Part shown: piece by piece, positions 40,388 to 50,192 of the stretch
Numbering within the stretch: position 1 is the first letter of the stretch
Layout of the letters: the number at the start of each line of letters is the position of its first letter
Position numbers and translations under genes: made by a program
NCBI GenBank assembly: GCA_001821435.1
Contig: MHLP01000007.1
Span: 1,620 to 65,619, forward strand
Length of the DNA: 64,000 bases
Source of the DNA: Candidatus Lloydbacteria bacterium RIFCSPLOWO2_01_FULL_50_20
GTDB taxonomy: Bacteria > Patescibacteriota > Minisyncoccia > Phycocordibacterales > UBA6899
Direction: 5' to 3'
The notes under the pieces: generated by a model
Seen by the model: only the letters and a program-made list of their open reading frames with translations
What the model was told of the DNA's origin: nothing
The model's database searches: none

Positions 40388-41032
40388 ATGACGAAAGGAA
40401 AGACGATGGACATTCTTCGAAGAGTTTCGATGGGTCCCGAGGACGAGCGTCAAGAGGTGCTTCGGAGGCACGGAGTATTCTTTCTTGATGCCGAAGAGGT
40501 CAATCGAGATGAGGCAGGTTGTTTTTATCGGGATATTTTTTTCCTGGTCGCATCAGGCTGGGCTAAGGAAAAACCGATGTGGGTGGTTCTCAATAGTCCG
40601 GGCGGCCACGCGGATCAGGGTTTTGCGATACACGACACCATACGCCTTCTTATTGCCGCGGGATACACTGTAAACACTTGTGTATTGGGTGAGGCGGCAT
40701 CGGTCGCGATGATGATTCTCATGGCCGGCACGCGGCGTTATGCATCCCCGAATACGCAATTCCTTCTCCACCAGGTGAGCGAAGAGTACATCTTCCTTCG
40801 GGTGGAGACCACCGAAGCGGAAGAACGTTCCAACGAGATGAAGCGGATCAACCACGTGTACTTGAGCGCGATCGCCGAGCGTAGTGGTATGGCGCTCTCT
40901 GACCTTACCACGCAGGTGAGGAAAAAAGATTTTTGGCTTGGCGCTGAAGAGGCACTAAAGTACGGCCAACACGGCCTGATTGACGAGATCTGCACGACCT
41001 TCCCGTTCATGGATGCTTTGCAAAAGAGCTGA
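40388..41032 (+). CDS. ClpP-like ATP-dependent protease proteolytic subunit
   Basis: NSPGG, AAS (Ser), LLHQ (His), DFWL..EEA..YG..LID. Confidence 0.88.
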   Translation: MTKGKTMDILRRVSMGPEDERQEVLRRHGVFFLDAEEVNRDEAGCFYRDIFFLVASGWAKEKPMWVVLNSPGGHADQGFAIHDTIRLLIAAGYTVNTCVLGEAASVAMMILMAGTRRYASPNTQFLLHQVSEEYIFLRVETTEAEERSNEMKRINHVYLSAIAERSGMALSDLTTQVRKKDFWLGAEEALKYGQHGLIDEICTTFPFMDALQKS

Positions 41033-41073
41033 TGCATCAACAAATAAAAACTCCACCTCGAAGGGTGGTTTTT

Positions 41074-41301
41074 TTATTCCTTTTTGTCTGCTATGTCTTT
41101 TTTTTCGCTCAGTTTTTTGAGCATCGTCGGGACATGAAAAAGTGTTCCGCAATTATCGCAGTAACACGTTTGCGGTACTTTCCACACTGGTTCCCCTCCG
41201 ATCATCGGCGAGACATTCCGTGTTTTCGTTTTGAGTATGACACTGCCGATCAGGCAGTGGCTGCAGCATTCGAGTTTTTGGGTTTCAACTCCAAGCGACA
41301 T
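41074..41301 (-). CDS. Small Cys-rich (Zn-ribbon) hypothetical protein
   Basis: CSHC and CDNC pairs; start uncertain. Confidence 0.5.
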   Translation of the reverse strand: MSLGVETQKLECCSHCLIGSVILKTKTRNVSPMIGGEPVWKVPQTCYCDNCGTLFHVPTMLKKLSEKKDIADKKE

Positions 41302-41415
41302 TCCGACTCCTATATATTGAACAAAATCCAGAACTTACTCTATCACAAGCGCACACAACACACATCACTCGCGTATGCCGGAAATGACAACGTGGTTTTT
41401 GTCTCCTTGTGCGAA

Positions 41416-42543
41416 CTACACTTTCTTTTCGACGTTGAATGACAATGTCATTCTCTGCTCCTTCGGCTCAAAGAGCGTGATGGTGAAGGGGTAAGTCTTG
41501 CCGAGCTCAAGGGCGGAACGCAGCTTCTCTTCGGTGCCGAATTCAGAAATATGTACGAGTCCCGCAACGCCCTCCTCGATCGACGCAAGCGCGCCGTATT
41601 TGTTGAACTTGATGACGACGCCGCGAACCGTATCGCCCTTCTTATATTTCTTTTCCGCGCCTTTCCACGGGTTCTCTTTCAAGACCTTCACGGAGAGCGA
41701 AACTTTGTTCTCTTTGATCTCGATGATCTGCGCTTTCACCTTGTCGCCCACCTTAAAGAGCTTGCGCGGATCATCGACGAGCCCCCAGTCCATTTCGGAG
41801 ATGTGGATCAATCCTTCGAGTCCTTCTTCGATCTTCATGAATGCGCCGAAGTCCACCACGCCGGTGATCTCGCCGTCAACGATCGCTCCCAACTGGTATT
41901 TCGCGACGATCTCTTCCTTCTCTTTCTGATTGTGCTCTTTCTCGGAGAAGATCAGTTTTCCTTCTTTGGGAACTGCGGTGATCATCACGACGGAAAGTTT
42001 CTCGCCGATCAGTTTCTTGAGTTCATCGAGGATCTTGTCTTTGTCGCCGTCGGAAACGCGTGGATAATGATCGCCGGAAAGCTGCGAAGCCGGCAAGAAT
42101 CCGGAAATGCCCTGCCAGTCAAGAATAAGTCCGCCCTTGTTCGCGTCTTTGACGGGAAGTTCGACGATGGTTTTCTTTTTGACCAGATCTTCCGCATCGG
42201 CCCAGATGAGCGACTGACGCGCTTCTTTAAGCGACAGTTCGATGTACCCGTCTTCATTTTCCGCGTCGACGACCTTTGCGGTCACCTTGTCACCCACGTT
42301 CATGTGCCGGATCAGATCGCGCGCATTCTGATATTCGCGTCCGAAGATAAGTCCGATACCGAAAGGCGCCATGTCTATATACACGGCTTTTTTGTCTACT
42401 TTGATGACTGCGCCCTCGACGAGCTCTCCGGGTTCGGGAACTTTCCCGATCTCAGCCATGTATTTCGCCATCACGTGATCAGGGGAGGGAATGTGCTCTC
42501 CGCCGACAATGATGATCTCTTCCTCGGTTGTTTTTGTTGTCAT
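41416..42543 (-). CDS. rpsA: 30S ribosomal protein bS1 (four S1 domains)
   Basis: GFLPASQL, FGAF...EGLIHISE, AGLVHISE. Confidence 0.93.
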   Translation of the reverse strand: MTTKTTEEEIIIVGGEHIPSPDHVMAKYMAEIGKVPEPGELVEGAVIKVDKKAVYIDMAPFGIGLIFGREYQNARDLIRHMNVGDKVTAKVVDAENEDGYIELSLKEARQSLIWADAEDLVKKKTIVELPVKDANKGGLILDWQGISGFLPASQLSGDHYPRVSDGDKDKILDELKKLIGEKLSVVMITAVPKEGKLIFSEKEHNQKEKEEIVAKYQLGAIVDGEITGVVDFGAFMKIEEGLEGLIHISEMDWGLVDDPRKLFKVGDKVKAQIIEIKENKVSLSVKVLKENPWKGAEKKYKKGDTVRGVVIKFNKYGALASIEEGVAGLVHISEFGTEEKLRSALELGKTYPFTITLFEPKEQRMTLSFNVEKKV

Positions 42544-42598
42544 AATGAAAATCGAAAATATGCCGCATGCGTTTCTTTTCCCCACTTATTGAGGAAAT

Positions 42599-42740
42599 AA
42601 AAAACTGCCGCAGGGCAGACTTTCATGTTGTCTGACCTCTAGGGGCCGTATGTCACCGCGACGAGTGCTACCATTTTTCTAAGAGAAATACCTCTAAGAA
42701 AAGTTAGTCGTACGGACACAAACGGGTTAGCCCTAATGGC
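42599..42740 (-). ncRNA. Long irregular hairpin plus terminator upstream of rpsA
   Basis: TAGGG/CCCTA, CCGT/ACGG, CGAC/GTCG, TTTTCT/AGAAAA nested pairings; CTGCC..GGCAG-T7 terminator. Confidence 0.45.
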
Positions 42741-42824
42741 ATGGATAATATTCAATTGTCCTGAAAAGATTAACAGAAAGCGTCTTTCGGCGCAAGGCGA
42801 CGCATAATTACGTAGGTCGAATAC

Positions 42825-43249
42825 AATACATAGGTCGGACTTATGCGCTGCGCATAAGTCCGACCTATGTATTTTTTAAATGACTGATGCATCTCATTTC
42901 CTGAAAAAAGAGAAGCCCCCGCGCTGTGCACGGGGGGTGTTTCGATTGGCCAGTGAGGCGGTTTCCACGATGAAGCACTGTGGGGGTTGCCGCCTTGTTA
43001 AAGGCCTGGCCGCCGGCGAGCAGCAGCTAGTCGTTCAATAAGATTTGTGCGACCGCGATGGTTTTCACCGATAGGCCTCCTCTCCTAGTTTGTTGTGGGA
43101 AAACAAATGTACAAAGAATCACGAATTTGACCACAATCAGCTCAGCCATTTCCGTGCTTCTTTAGCTTACACGAAGCAGAATTTCTGTCAAGCATGTGCG
43201 GTACATAGGTCGGACTTATGCACGGCGCATAAGTCCGACCTATGTACCG
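42825..43249. repeat. Two near-identical ~49-bp palindromes (about 42825-42873 and 43200-43248)
   Basis: TACATAGGTCGGACTTATGC-N5-GCATAAGTCCGACCTATGTA. Confidence 0.9.
42904..43157 (-). ncRNA. ~250-nt transcript with a 13-aa SD-led ORF (43068-43027)
   Basis: TTGACA-16-TAAGCT promoter, AGGAGAGGAGG, GTG..MKTIAVAQILLND*, GC hairpin with T-rich tail. Confidence 0.55.
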
Positions 43250-43282
43250 CTACCTATGTATTTTGGTATTTTGCCACGCAAA

Positions 43283-44185
43283 TAAAAACGGCCTCCGACG
43301 AGGCCGTTGGGCTATGGACGCTGGTGTTGTTCGAGGGACGCAAAGCCGGATTTTGTACGCAGGCTAGCAACTACGTGCGCACTGGTCGGTGGTCCCAACG
43401 GAAGAACATTCTCTCGTCGATCGCCTGGTCGGCGGACTGCCGACCTTCTTGTTGGTCCTATCGCGTTACCAATTGAATGGAGTCCGCAGGACTTTGCGTT
43501 TGTACGCAGTGGACCGTTTGATATACGGTCTGGGCCGCCCCGAGCGGCCGTTCAGTCGACAAATGGCGTCATTGTGCGCTTATCTCCTTTGCCCGGCAGT
43601 GGGCGAGTGCGGCGACGGGTCGGTCGGTTCATTAAGGAGACCCGTGCCTGACAGCTCCGAATTGGAGCGAAACGGTGACACTCCTGGCGAGGCAAGCGCG
43701 GCGGGATCGATTCCTCCTCCGCGCGGCGCTATCCCGCATGTCGATGAGTTGCCACCACCTTAGAGGCGCCCTCGGGCGCGATTATTGGTTTCAGATCGCA
43801 CTACGGCCAGTGCATTGCGTCTCCTGTTCCTGGCGAAAGGCGGCTCACTGGTCCAGCGATGGACCCTGTGGCCAGAGAGCTCCGACGTCTCGGAGCGAAA
43901 CGGTGCGGCTCGGCCGGGCAAGCGCGGCGTGGATGAAACTATTCGCCAGCACGCCGGGCACTCTACTCGATGAAGCCGCTCCAACATTCGCGGCTCGGTT
44001 TACGCTGACGCGGCGGAATTGAACCTACTCTGATCCCCGCGCGCAACCGTGCATCGATGAGCCGCACCACCGTCATTATCAGGTTGTTGGTGGTTTGAGG
44101 CCTTTTCTACGTAAACGGCATCGTTCCTCCTGGCGTATAGGTCCTTATCTATGCGTACAAGTAAGTAAAAGAGCGCGAAAGATTA
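43283..44185 (-). ncRNA. ~900-nt repeat-structured RNA with embedded minigenes
   Basis: TTGACA-17-TATTGT promoter, terminator at 43287-43308, three covarying hairpin units, no long credible ORF. Confidence 0.7.
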
Positions 44186-44315
44186 AAATTCACAATAGCA
44201 TGTCATTAATATACTGTCAATATGCTTTTCATATCTCCAAAATAGCCCAAAAAACATAGTGATTTCAAGCCTTTTCCCGCTTTCTATTTTTGAGAAGACT
44301 TGCTATACTCTACAC

Positions 44316-44987
44316 ATGATCATCACGTACCATGGGGGGTATTTTATTAAGGTCGCGCAAGGGGACACGGTCATTGCGGCCAATCCTTTTGGCAAAAATT
44401 CATCCAGGAAACCTATTCGTTTTGGCACGCGTATCGCACTCGTTTCGATGGATCATCCCGATATGAACGGCGTCGAGAATCTTTCGCACGGCGACAAGAC
44501 TCCTTTCGTGATCTCCGGTCCGGGCGAGTACGAGATCGGCGGGATCGCGATATCCGGATTTCCTTCTCCGAAGCCGGTCGGACCAAAAGGACTCTTGAAT
44601 ACCATCTACACCATCGAACTTGAAAACATCCATCTGTGTATTCTCGGCGCGATGCCCACTGCCGAACTTTCAGCGGAAGTTGTCGAGGGTATCGGGGAAG
44701 TTGATGTGCTTTTTGTTCCTGTGTTGGGCGGCGATGTGCTCTCACCCGCGGAAGCGGAAAAAGTGGCGGTTCTCCTTGATGCAAAACTCGTCATTCCGAT
44801 CGCGTGGGATGAAGGCGGTGACCCGCCTGCGTCCGACTTCGGACGGGCAGGAAAACAGCTGAAACTTTTTTTGAAAGAGGCCGGTGCGGAAGGAACGGCG
44901 GCCATCGAAAAATTGGTCCTCAAGAAAAAAGATCTTGAGGGTAAAGAAGGAGAGGTCATCGTCCTTGAGCCTCTTTCCCGCGCATAA
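44316..44987 (+). CDS. MBL-fold (Lactamase_B_3-like) protein with degenerate metal site
   Basis: MIITYHG, GPGEYEIGG, NTIY, VDVLFVPV, VIP. Confidence 0.8.
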   Translation: MIITYHGGYFIKVAQGDTVIAANPFGKNSSRKPIRFGTRIALVSMDHPDMNGVENLSHGDKTPFVISGPGEYEIGGIAISGFPSPKPVGPKGLLNTIYTIELENIHLCILGAMPTAELSAEVVEGIGEVDVLFVPVLGGDVLSPAEAEKVAVLLDAKLVIPIAWDEGGDPPASDFGRAGKQLKLFLKEAGAEGTAAIEKLVLKKKDLEGKEGEVIVLEPLSRA

Positions 44988-44993
44988 ACGGTT

Positions 44994-45512
44994 ATGAACA
45001 TCCTCGATCATCTCGACAAATTACGCGCGAAACCTGTTCATGTGCGACAGCGCATCGCACTCTTCTCGACGTTCATCCTTTCTTTTTTGGTCGCCAGCGT
45101 GTGGTGGGCGACATGGAATACCGAGAGTCAGCCGGAAACCCTGTCTTCGAGCAGCGCATCCTCGATCATTTCGCCATGGGGTGTCGTCACTGACATGATT
45201 TCGGATGCGAAAAAAGATACGATGGCTGCTGTTGGGCAGTTGACGGGTCAGTTGCAGCGGGCGGCGGAAGATAACATAGAATATGACCCGACGCTTGAGG
45301 GGGAGAGCGGAGCGGAAACAAGTGAAGATTCGAGAAACGAAGCGTTTGCCCCCTACGACCTCGACGCCTCTTCGTCGGAAGTCTCCGGTGAAAGCACGCC
45401 GAGCGATGCCTCCTCAGGGGGTAACAGCGGTGAGATGATCCGGACGCGGCCAGGAACGTATCAGACGGCTGTTCCGTCAGAATTAGTTCCCAAGACCGAT
45501 GTGGTAGAGTAG
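44994..45512 (+). CDS. Single-TM hypothetical protein
   Basis: LRAKP.HVRQRIA + TM helix + acidic Ser-rich tail. Confidence 0.75.
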   Translation: MNILDHLDKLRAKPVHVRQRIALFSTFILSFLVASVWWATWNTESQPETLSSSSASSIISPWGVVTDMISDAKKDTMAAVGQLTGQLQRAAEDNIEYDPTLEGESGAETSEDSRNEAFAPYDLDASSSEVSGESTPSDASSGGNSGEMIRTRPGTYQTAVPSELVPKTDVVE

Positions 45513-45526
45513 ATTTTTCAGCGATC

Positions 45527-48007
45527 ATGGCGAAAAACAAAGAACACAAAAAAGAAGAAGCAGCCGTCCCTGTCCCGCGTCCGACCGGCGTCATTCCGGC
45601 TAACATCGTGACGGAAATGCGCGAGAGCTACCTCGACTATGCCATGTCGGTCATCGTTGCGCGCGCGCTTCCCGATGTGCGGGACGGATTGAAACCGGTC
45701 CACCGCCGTATTCTCTATGCGATGCAGGAGGCGGGGCTCACTGCTTCCGCCCGGTTCAAAAAATCCGCGACGATCGTCGGTGACGTGCTTGGAAAATATC
45801 ATCCGCACGGGGATTCATCTGTTTATGACGCGATGGTCAAAATGGCTCAGGTTTTTTCAATGCGTTATCCGCTCGTCATCGGACAGGGAAACTTCGGTTC
45901 GATCGACGGGGATTCCGCTGCCGCTTATCGCTACACCGAAGCGAAAATGTCGCGCATCGCGGGCGAAGTGCTACAGGATCTCGAAAAAAATACGGTTGAG
46001 TGGGTGCCCAACTACGACGGCTCGCGCAAAGAGCCGACTGTTCTTCCCTCGGTTGTTCCCAATCTGCTCCTGAACGGCACGCTCGGTATCGCAGTCGGCA
46101 TGGCGACGAATATTCCTCCGCATAATTTGCGCGAGGTCGTCGACGCGCTCATGCACCTGATCGAGGATCCCAATGTGACAAGCGAAGACTTGCTCCAGTT
46201 TGTACAGGGACCGGACTTTCCGACGGGCGGCATCGCTTACAATAAGAGCGATATCCGTCATGCGTATGCTTCGGGGCGCGGCGGCGTCATCTGCCGCGGC
46301 GAAGCGGAGATCGTCGAGCCGAAAGCCGGGCATTCTGAGATCATCATCACGAGCATTCCGTACCGCGTGAACAAGGCCGACCTCTTGACCAAGATCGCGG
46401 AGCTCGTGCGCGAGAAAAAGATCGAAGGCATCAAAGACTTGCGCGATGAATCAGCAAAAGGCGATATCCGCATCGCGGTCTATCTCGGTTCGGGAGTTCC
46501 TCCGCAAAAGGTGCTTAATTATCTCTATCGACACACCGAGCTTGAGAGCGCGTATCACTACAACATGGTCGCGTTGGTCGACGGCGTTCCGCAGACGCTT
46601 TCGCTCAAGTCGCTCCTCGAGGAATTCATCAAACACCGCAAAACGGTCGTGAAGCGCCGTACCGAGTTCGAATTGAACAAAGCCAAAGACCGCGAGCATA
46701 TTCTGATCGGCCTCAAAAAAGCGCTCGATCATATCGATGCGATCATCAAAACTATCAAGGCGTCAAAAGATACGGCCGAGGCGCAGGTGAACCTGATGAA
46801 ACAGTTCAAGTTCTCCGATCGGCAAGCGGCTGCAATTTTGGAAATGAAACTCTCGCGCTTGGCAGGTCTTGAGCGCAAGAAAGTCGAGGATGAACTGAAA
46901 GTCGTACAGGCGCTCATCACAGAACTCGAGAGCGTACTTGGGAGCGTCAAAAAGATGATCGCCGTCATCAAGCAGGAATTACTCGCGGTCCGAGAGAAGT
47001 ACGGCGATGATCGTCGCACCAAGATCGTGAAGGGCGGCGTACAGACCATCTCTGTCGAAGATACGATCCCCGAGCGGGAAACTATCCTTGTTTTTACCGC
47101 GGGCGGCTATATCAAGCGCACCGATCCGTCGGAGTACCGTGTCCAGCGCAGGGGCGGAGTCGGCGTTGTCGATCTCGATACGAAAGAAGAAGATTTCGTG
47201 ACCATTTTTCTTTCCTGTTCGACGCACGAGGATATTCTCTTCTTCACTGACAAAGGCAAAGCGTATCAGATCAAAGCATACGAACTGCCGGAGGGGAGAC
47301 GTGCGACCAAGGGCAAGTCCATCCAAAATTATCTCGCGCTCGGCTCCGATGAACACGTGACCTCCATGCTTGCGATGCCGCGCGAGGTGAAAGAGGTCGC
47401 CAAGCTTTCGCTCCTCATGGTGACGGAGAAAGGCGTCGTGAAGAAAACTGCCGCAGATGCGTTCAAAGATGTGCGACGCTCGGGCTTGCTCGCAATTAAA
47501 CTCCATCCGAAAGACAAACTGCTCGCCGCACGCTTCGTTGAAGACAAAGACGACGTATCGCTGGTGACCTCGAAAGGCCAGTCGATCCGTTTCAAACAAA
47601 GCGACGTTCGCGAAATGGGACGCAACGCGGGGGGCGTGCGCGGCATGAAACTGCGCGCCGACGATCACATCGTGACGGCAGATGTTGTTCGCCATGTCTA
47701 TAGCAAACCGCTCTTGATCGTCATCAGCGAACAGGGTTACGGCAAAATGACGGATATGTCGGAATACAAGACGCAGGGGCGCGGCGGCTCAGGCATCAAG
47801 ACTGCGAATGTCACACCCAAGACCGGAAAAGTCGTTGCGGGCATGGTGCTCCCGGACCGCGAGGGGGAAATTGTCGCTATTTCAAAACAGAGTCAGGTTA
47901 TTCGTGTTTCTTTGAAAGAGATCGCGCTTTCGGGGCGTTCGACACAGGGTTCTCGAATTATGAGGCTTCGTCCAGGTGATAGTATAGCATCGTTAACAGC
48001 TCTGTAA
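45527..48007 (+). CDS. gyrA: DNA gyrase subunit A
   Basis: [29 protein letters not shown], GyrA box QRRGGVG. Confidence 0.98.
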   Translation: MAKNKEHKKEEAAVPVPRPTGVIPANIVTEMRESYLDYAMSVIVARALPDVRDGLKPVHRRILYAMQEAGLTASARFKKSATIVGDVLGKYHPHGDSSVYDAMVKMAQVFSMRYPLVIGQGNFGSIDGDSAAAYRYTEAKMSRIAGEVLQDLEKNTVEWVPNYDGSRKEPTVLPSVVPNLLLNGTLGIAVGMATNIPPHNLREVVDALMHLIEDPNVTSEDLLQFVQGPDFPTGGIAYNKSDIRHAYASGRGGVICRGEAEIVEPKAGHSEIIITSIPYRVNKADLLTKIAELVREKKIEGIKDLRDESAKGDIRIAVYLGSGVPPQKVLNYLYRHTELESAYHYNMVALVDGVPQTLSLKSLLEEFIKHRKTVVKRRTEFELNKAKDREHILIGLKKALDHIDAIIKTIKASKDTAEAQVNLMKQFKFSDRQAAAILEMKLSRLAGLERKKVEDELKVVQALITELESVLGSVKKMIAVIKQELLAVREKYGDDRRTKIVKGGVQTISVEDTIPERETILVFTAGGYIKRTDPSEYRVQRRGGVGVVDLDTKEEDFVTIFLSCSTHEDILFFTDKGKAYQIKAYELPEGRRATKGKSIQNYLALGSDEHVTSMLAMPREVKEVAKLSLLMVTEKGVVKKTAADAFKDVRRSGLLAIKLHPKDKLLAARFVEDKDDVSLVTSKGQSIRFKQSDVREMGRNAGGVRGMKLRADDHIVTADVVRHVYSKPLLIVISEQGYGKMTDMSEYKTQGRGGSGIKTANVTPKTGKVVAGMVLPDREGEIVAISKQSQVIRVSLKEIALSGRSTQGSRIMRLRPGDSIASLTAL

Positions 48008-48032
48008 CTCTTCTCCTGTTGCTTGCCTCAAT

Positions 48033-48518
48033 ATGAATGAACATGAGAGATTTATGATGAAAGCGATAGAAGCTGCGCATGAGTCAGGGCACAGGAGCGA
48101 TTATCCTATCGGGACAGTCATCGTTAAAGATGGAGAGATAATTTCGAGTGGATACGAAACACTCAAATCGGCAAACGATCCTGTGAATGGCCACGCAGAA
48201 ATTGACGCTATTCGCAAAGCAACCCGGGAAATTTTGAAACAACCTTATCTTGAAGGTTGCACCCTTTACTCCACACACGAGCCTTGCCCGATGTGCGCCA
48301 CGGCCGCTTTTTGGTCAAAAATAAAAACTATTGTTTTTTCGGTTTCTCGGGAGGATATGATCGAACAAATGCCGAAAAGGGCATCCGGCAAGTTTTCGTG
48401 GAGACAGGTGGACATCTCATGCAAGGATGTTCTCGATCATGGCAGCGGGCATATGGTTGAACTTATTCCGAGCGTACTTCGCGAAGAAGGAATAAAACTT
48501 TTTGATTATACCGCTTAG
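48033..48518 (+). CDS. Nucleoside/guanine deaminase (CDA-like)
   Basis: HAE and EPCPMC zinc motifs. Confidence 0.9.
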   Translation: MNEHERFMMKAIEAAHESGHRSDYPIGTVIVKDGEIISSGYETLKSANDPVNGHAEIDAIRKATREILKQPYLEGCTLYSTHEPCPMCATAAFWSKIKTIVFSVSREDMIEQMPKRASGKFSWRQVDISCKDVLDHGSGHMVELIPSVLREEGIKLFDYTA

Positions 48519-48540
48519 TTAAAAACGGTTTTAGGGTTTA

Positions 48541-49282
48541 GGGGACAGGTTTAGGGGACAGTCCCTCGAATAAGTAATTTATTGTGTTATAGTATTTTCA
48601 TGCCACGGCAACCACGCATCGCATTGGGGGGATATGTCTACCACGTGCTTAATCGTGCCAACGGCAGGGCGCGTATATTTCACACACCGGAAGCGTATAG
48701 GGAGTTTGAGCAGTTACTTTGTGAGGCGAATGAGCAATTTCACATGCGCATCCTTGCTTATACCCTTATGCCCAACCACTGGCATCTACTCCTTTATCCG
48801 CGAGAAGACACGGATATGCCCGACTTTGTGCGCTGGCTCTCTACGACGCACGCGGCAAAATTCCGCAACAAAACCAAGACAGTCGGCGAAGGCCATCTCT
48901 ACCAAGGGAGATACAAATCTTTTGTCATGGACACTGATACACATCTCCTCACTGTTTTGAAATACATTGAACGCAATCCAGTGCGGGCAAAACTTGTTGT
49001 ACATCCTGAGGATTGGGAATGGGGAAGTGCATACCGCAGAATATGCGGGACAAAAAAGGCACAAGCGTTACTTGCGGTCTCGCCAACGCCACTCCCGCAT
49101 CATTATCGTGCGTGGATCAACGGTGCGGAAAAATCTGAAGAACTCGATGAACTTCGCAAATCCGTCAATAAGGGTATCCCGTTTGGGGCGGAAGAATTTC
49201 TCTACCGTTTTGATCGAGGCAAGAAAAAATAATAACATGTTTGTAAACTTTTTGGAGGGACTGTCCCCCAATTCCTGTCCCC
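48541..49282 (+). mobile_element. RAYT flanked by inverted GGGGACAG repeats
   Basis: GGGGACAG..GGGGACAGTCCCTC on the left; GAGGGACTGTCCCC..CTGTCCCC on the right. Confidence 0.75.
48600..49232 (+). CDS. REP-associated tyrosine transposase (IS200/Y1 HUH)
   Basis: YHVLNR, MPNHWHL, GHLYQGRYKS, YIERNPVRA, WEWGS. Confidence 0.92.
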   Translation: MPRQPRIALGGYVYHVLNRANGRARIFHTPEAYREFEQLLCEANEQFHMRILAYTLMPNHWHLLLYPREDTDMPDFVRWLSTTHAAKFRNKTKTVGEGHLYQGRYKSFVMDTDTHLLTVLKYIERNPVRAKLVVHPEDWEWGSAYRRICGTKKAQALLAVSPTPLPHHYRAWINGAEKSEELDELRKSVNKGIPFGAEEFLYRFDRGKKK

Positions 49283-49319
49283 CAATTCCAATTCTAATTC
49301 CCAGGTCAATACGGGTTTT

Positions 49320-49544
49320 ATGCTCGAAGTCATCAAAGAAAGCAAATTTAAGGCGACATTGCTTTCCGTGCGGTCTCAGGTTAATGAATTCGTGAGTGCG
49401 CTTGCAAGCTACGGCCTTGGACTTGCTATCGGCTATTTTTCATACCGGACGGGATTCGTTCTTTTGGCGGTAGGTTATCTTCTCTTGGCATTTCCTATTT
49501 ACTTTTTTATCCTTCGCGGTGGGCGATCTCCGGGCAGGCGATAA
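49320..49544 (+). pseudogene. C-terminal remnant of an MFS-like transporter
   Basis: KATLLSV.S followed by two TM helices; begins right after the RAYT repeats. Confidence 0.45.
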
Positions 49545-49605
49545 GATTTGCGCTTGTGCAAATAAAAAAACGGCGGATGAGCGTCCCGTCGTTTTGTTTT
49601 GCGTA

Positions 49606-49779
49606 TTATTCTTTCTTTTCGTCTTTTTCCCACACCACGAGTGTGAGACAGAATGCTCCGATCGTCAGCATTGTTGCCCCCAGTCCGTTCAGTATGCCGT
49701 GTGAACGGAACAGATAGGCGAGTCCGATGATGCCCGCCCAGATCGCAACAGTGGCGACGGCTTTCCCGATCTCTTTCAT
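49606..49779 (-). CDS. 57-aa two-TM membrane protein (below ORF-track cutoff)
   Basis: MKEIGKAVATVAIWAGIIGLAYLF...VVWEKDEKKE*, followed by a terminator hairpin. Confidence 0.65.
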   Translation of the reverse strand: MKEIGKAVATVAIWAGIIGLAYLFRSHGILNGLGATMLTIGAFCLTLVVWEKDEKKE

Positions 49780-49807
49780 TGTTGTCTTTCTCTGTCGGTT
49801 CTAACCG

Positions 49808-50038
49808 TTAGATCTTTACTTCGAGCTTTTTCATGAGTTCGGTAACGGCGCTTTGTATCGCCATCACCGGGTCGGTGCGCAGGAACACGCGGGGTTTTCT
49901 GGTCGTGTCGCTGGCGAAACGTGCGGATACTCGGTGAAAACCGCCTTCCTCGGACGACAGGGTGAGTGTAATGACGATGCCGCATTTTACCGCACTCTCG
50001 ATCGCCGCGTTGATGGCGAACTGTTTCGTACCTTCCAT
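49808..50038 (-). CDS. Hypothetical protein
   Basis: GGAG RBS before MEGTK. Confidence 0.55.
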   Translation of the reverse strand: MEGTKQFAINAAIESAVKCGIVITLTLSSEEGGFHRVSARFASDTTRKPRVFLRTDPVMAIQSAVTELMKKLEVKI

Positions 50039-50192
50039 GATGCTCTCCAAATGATTATGAACGGGCCTTTCTCTTACTTTTGTCTACCATAGTCCCGCAG
50101 CCTGTAAAGGGTGCTGTAGTGAAGAGGGCATTACGAGACAACTGGGGATTCTGCGGTTCTCGCTTTAGAGCTCATGGTGCTATACTGAAAGC

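Noticed and set aside
43090-44022. Plus-strand ORFs in the non-coding block
   Set aside because: Arg/Pro/Ser-rich composition and no RBS; promoter and terminator signals are on the minus strand
42825-44185. CRISPR array
   Set aside because: Repeats are degenerate and irregularly spaced; no cas genes
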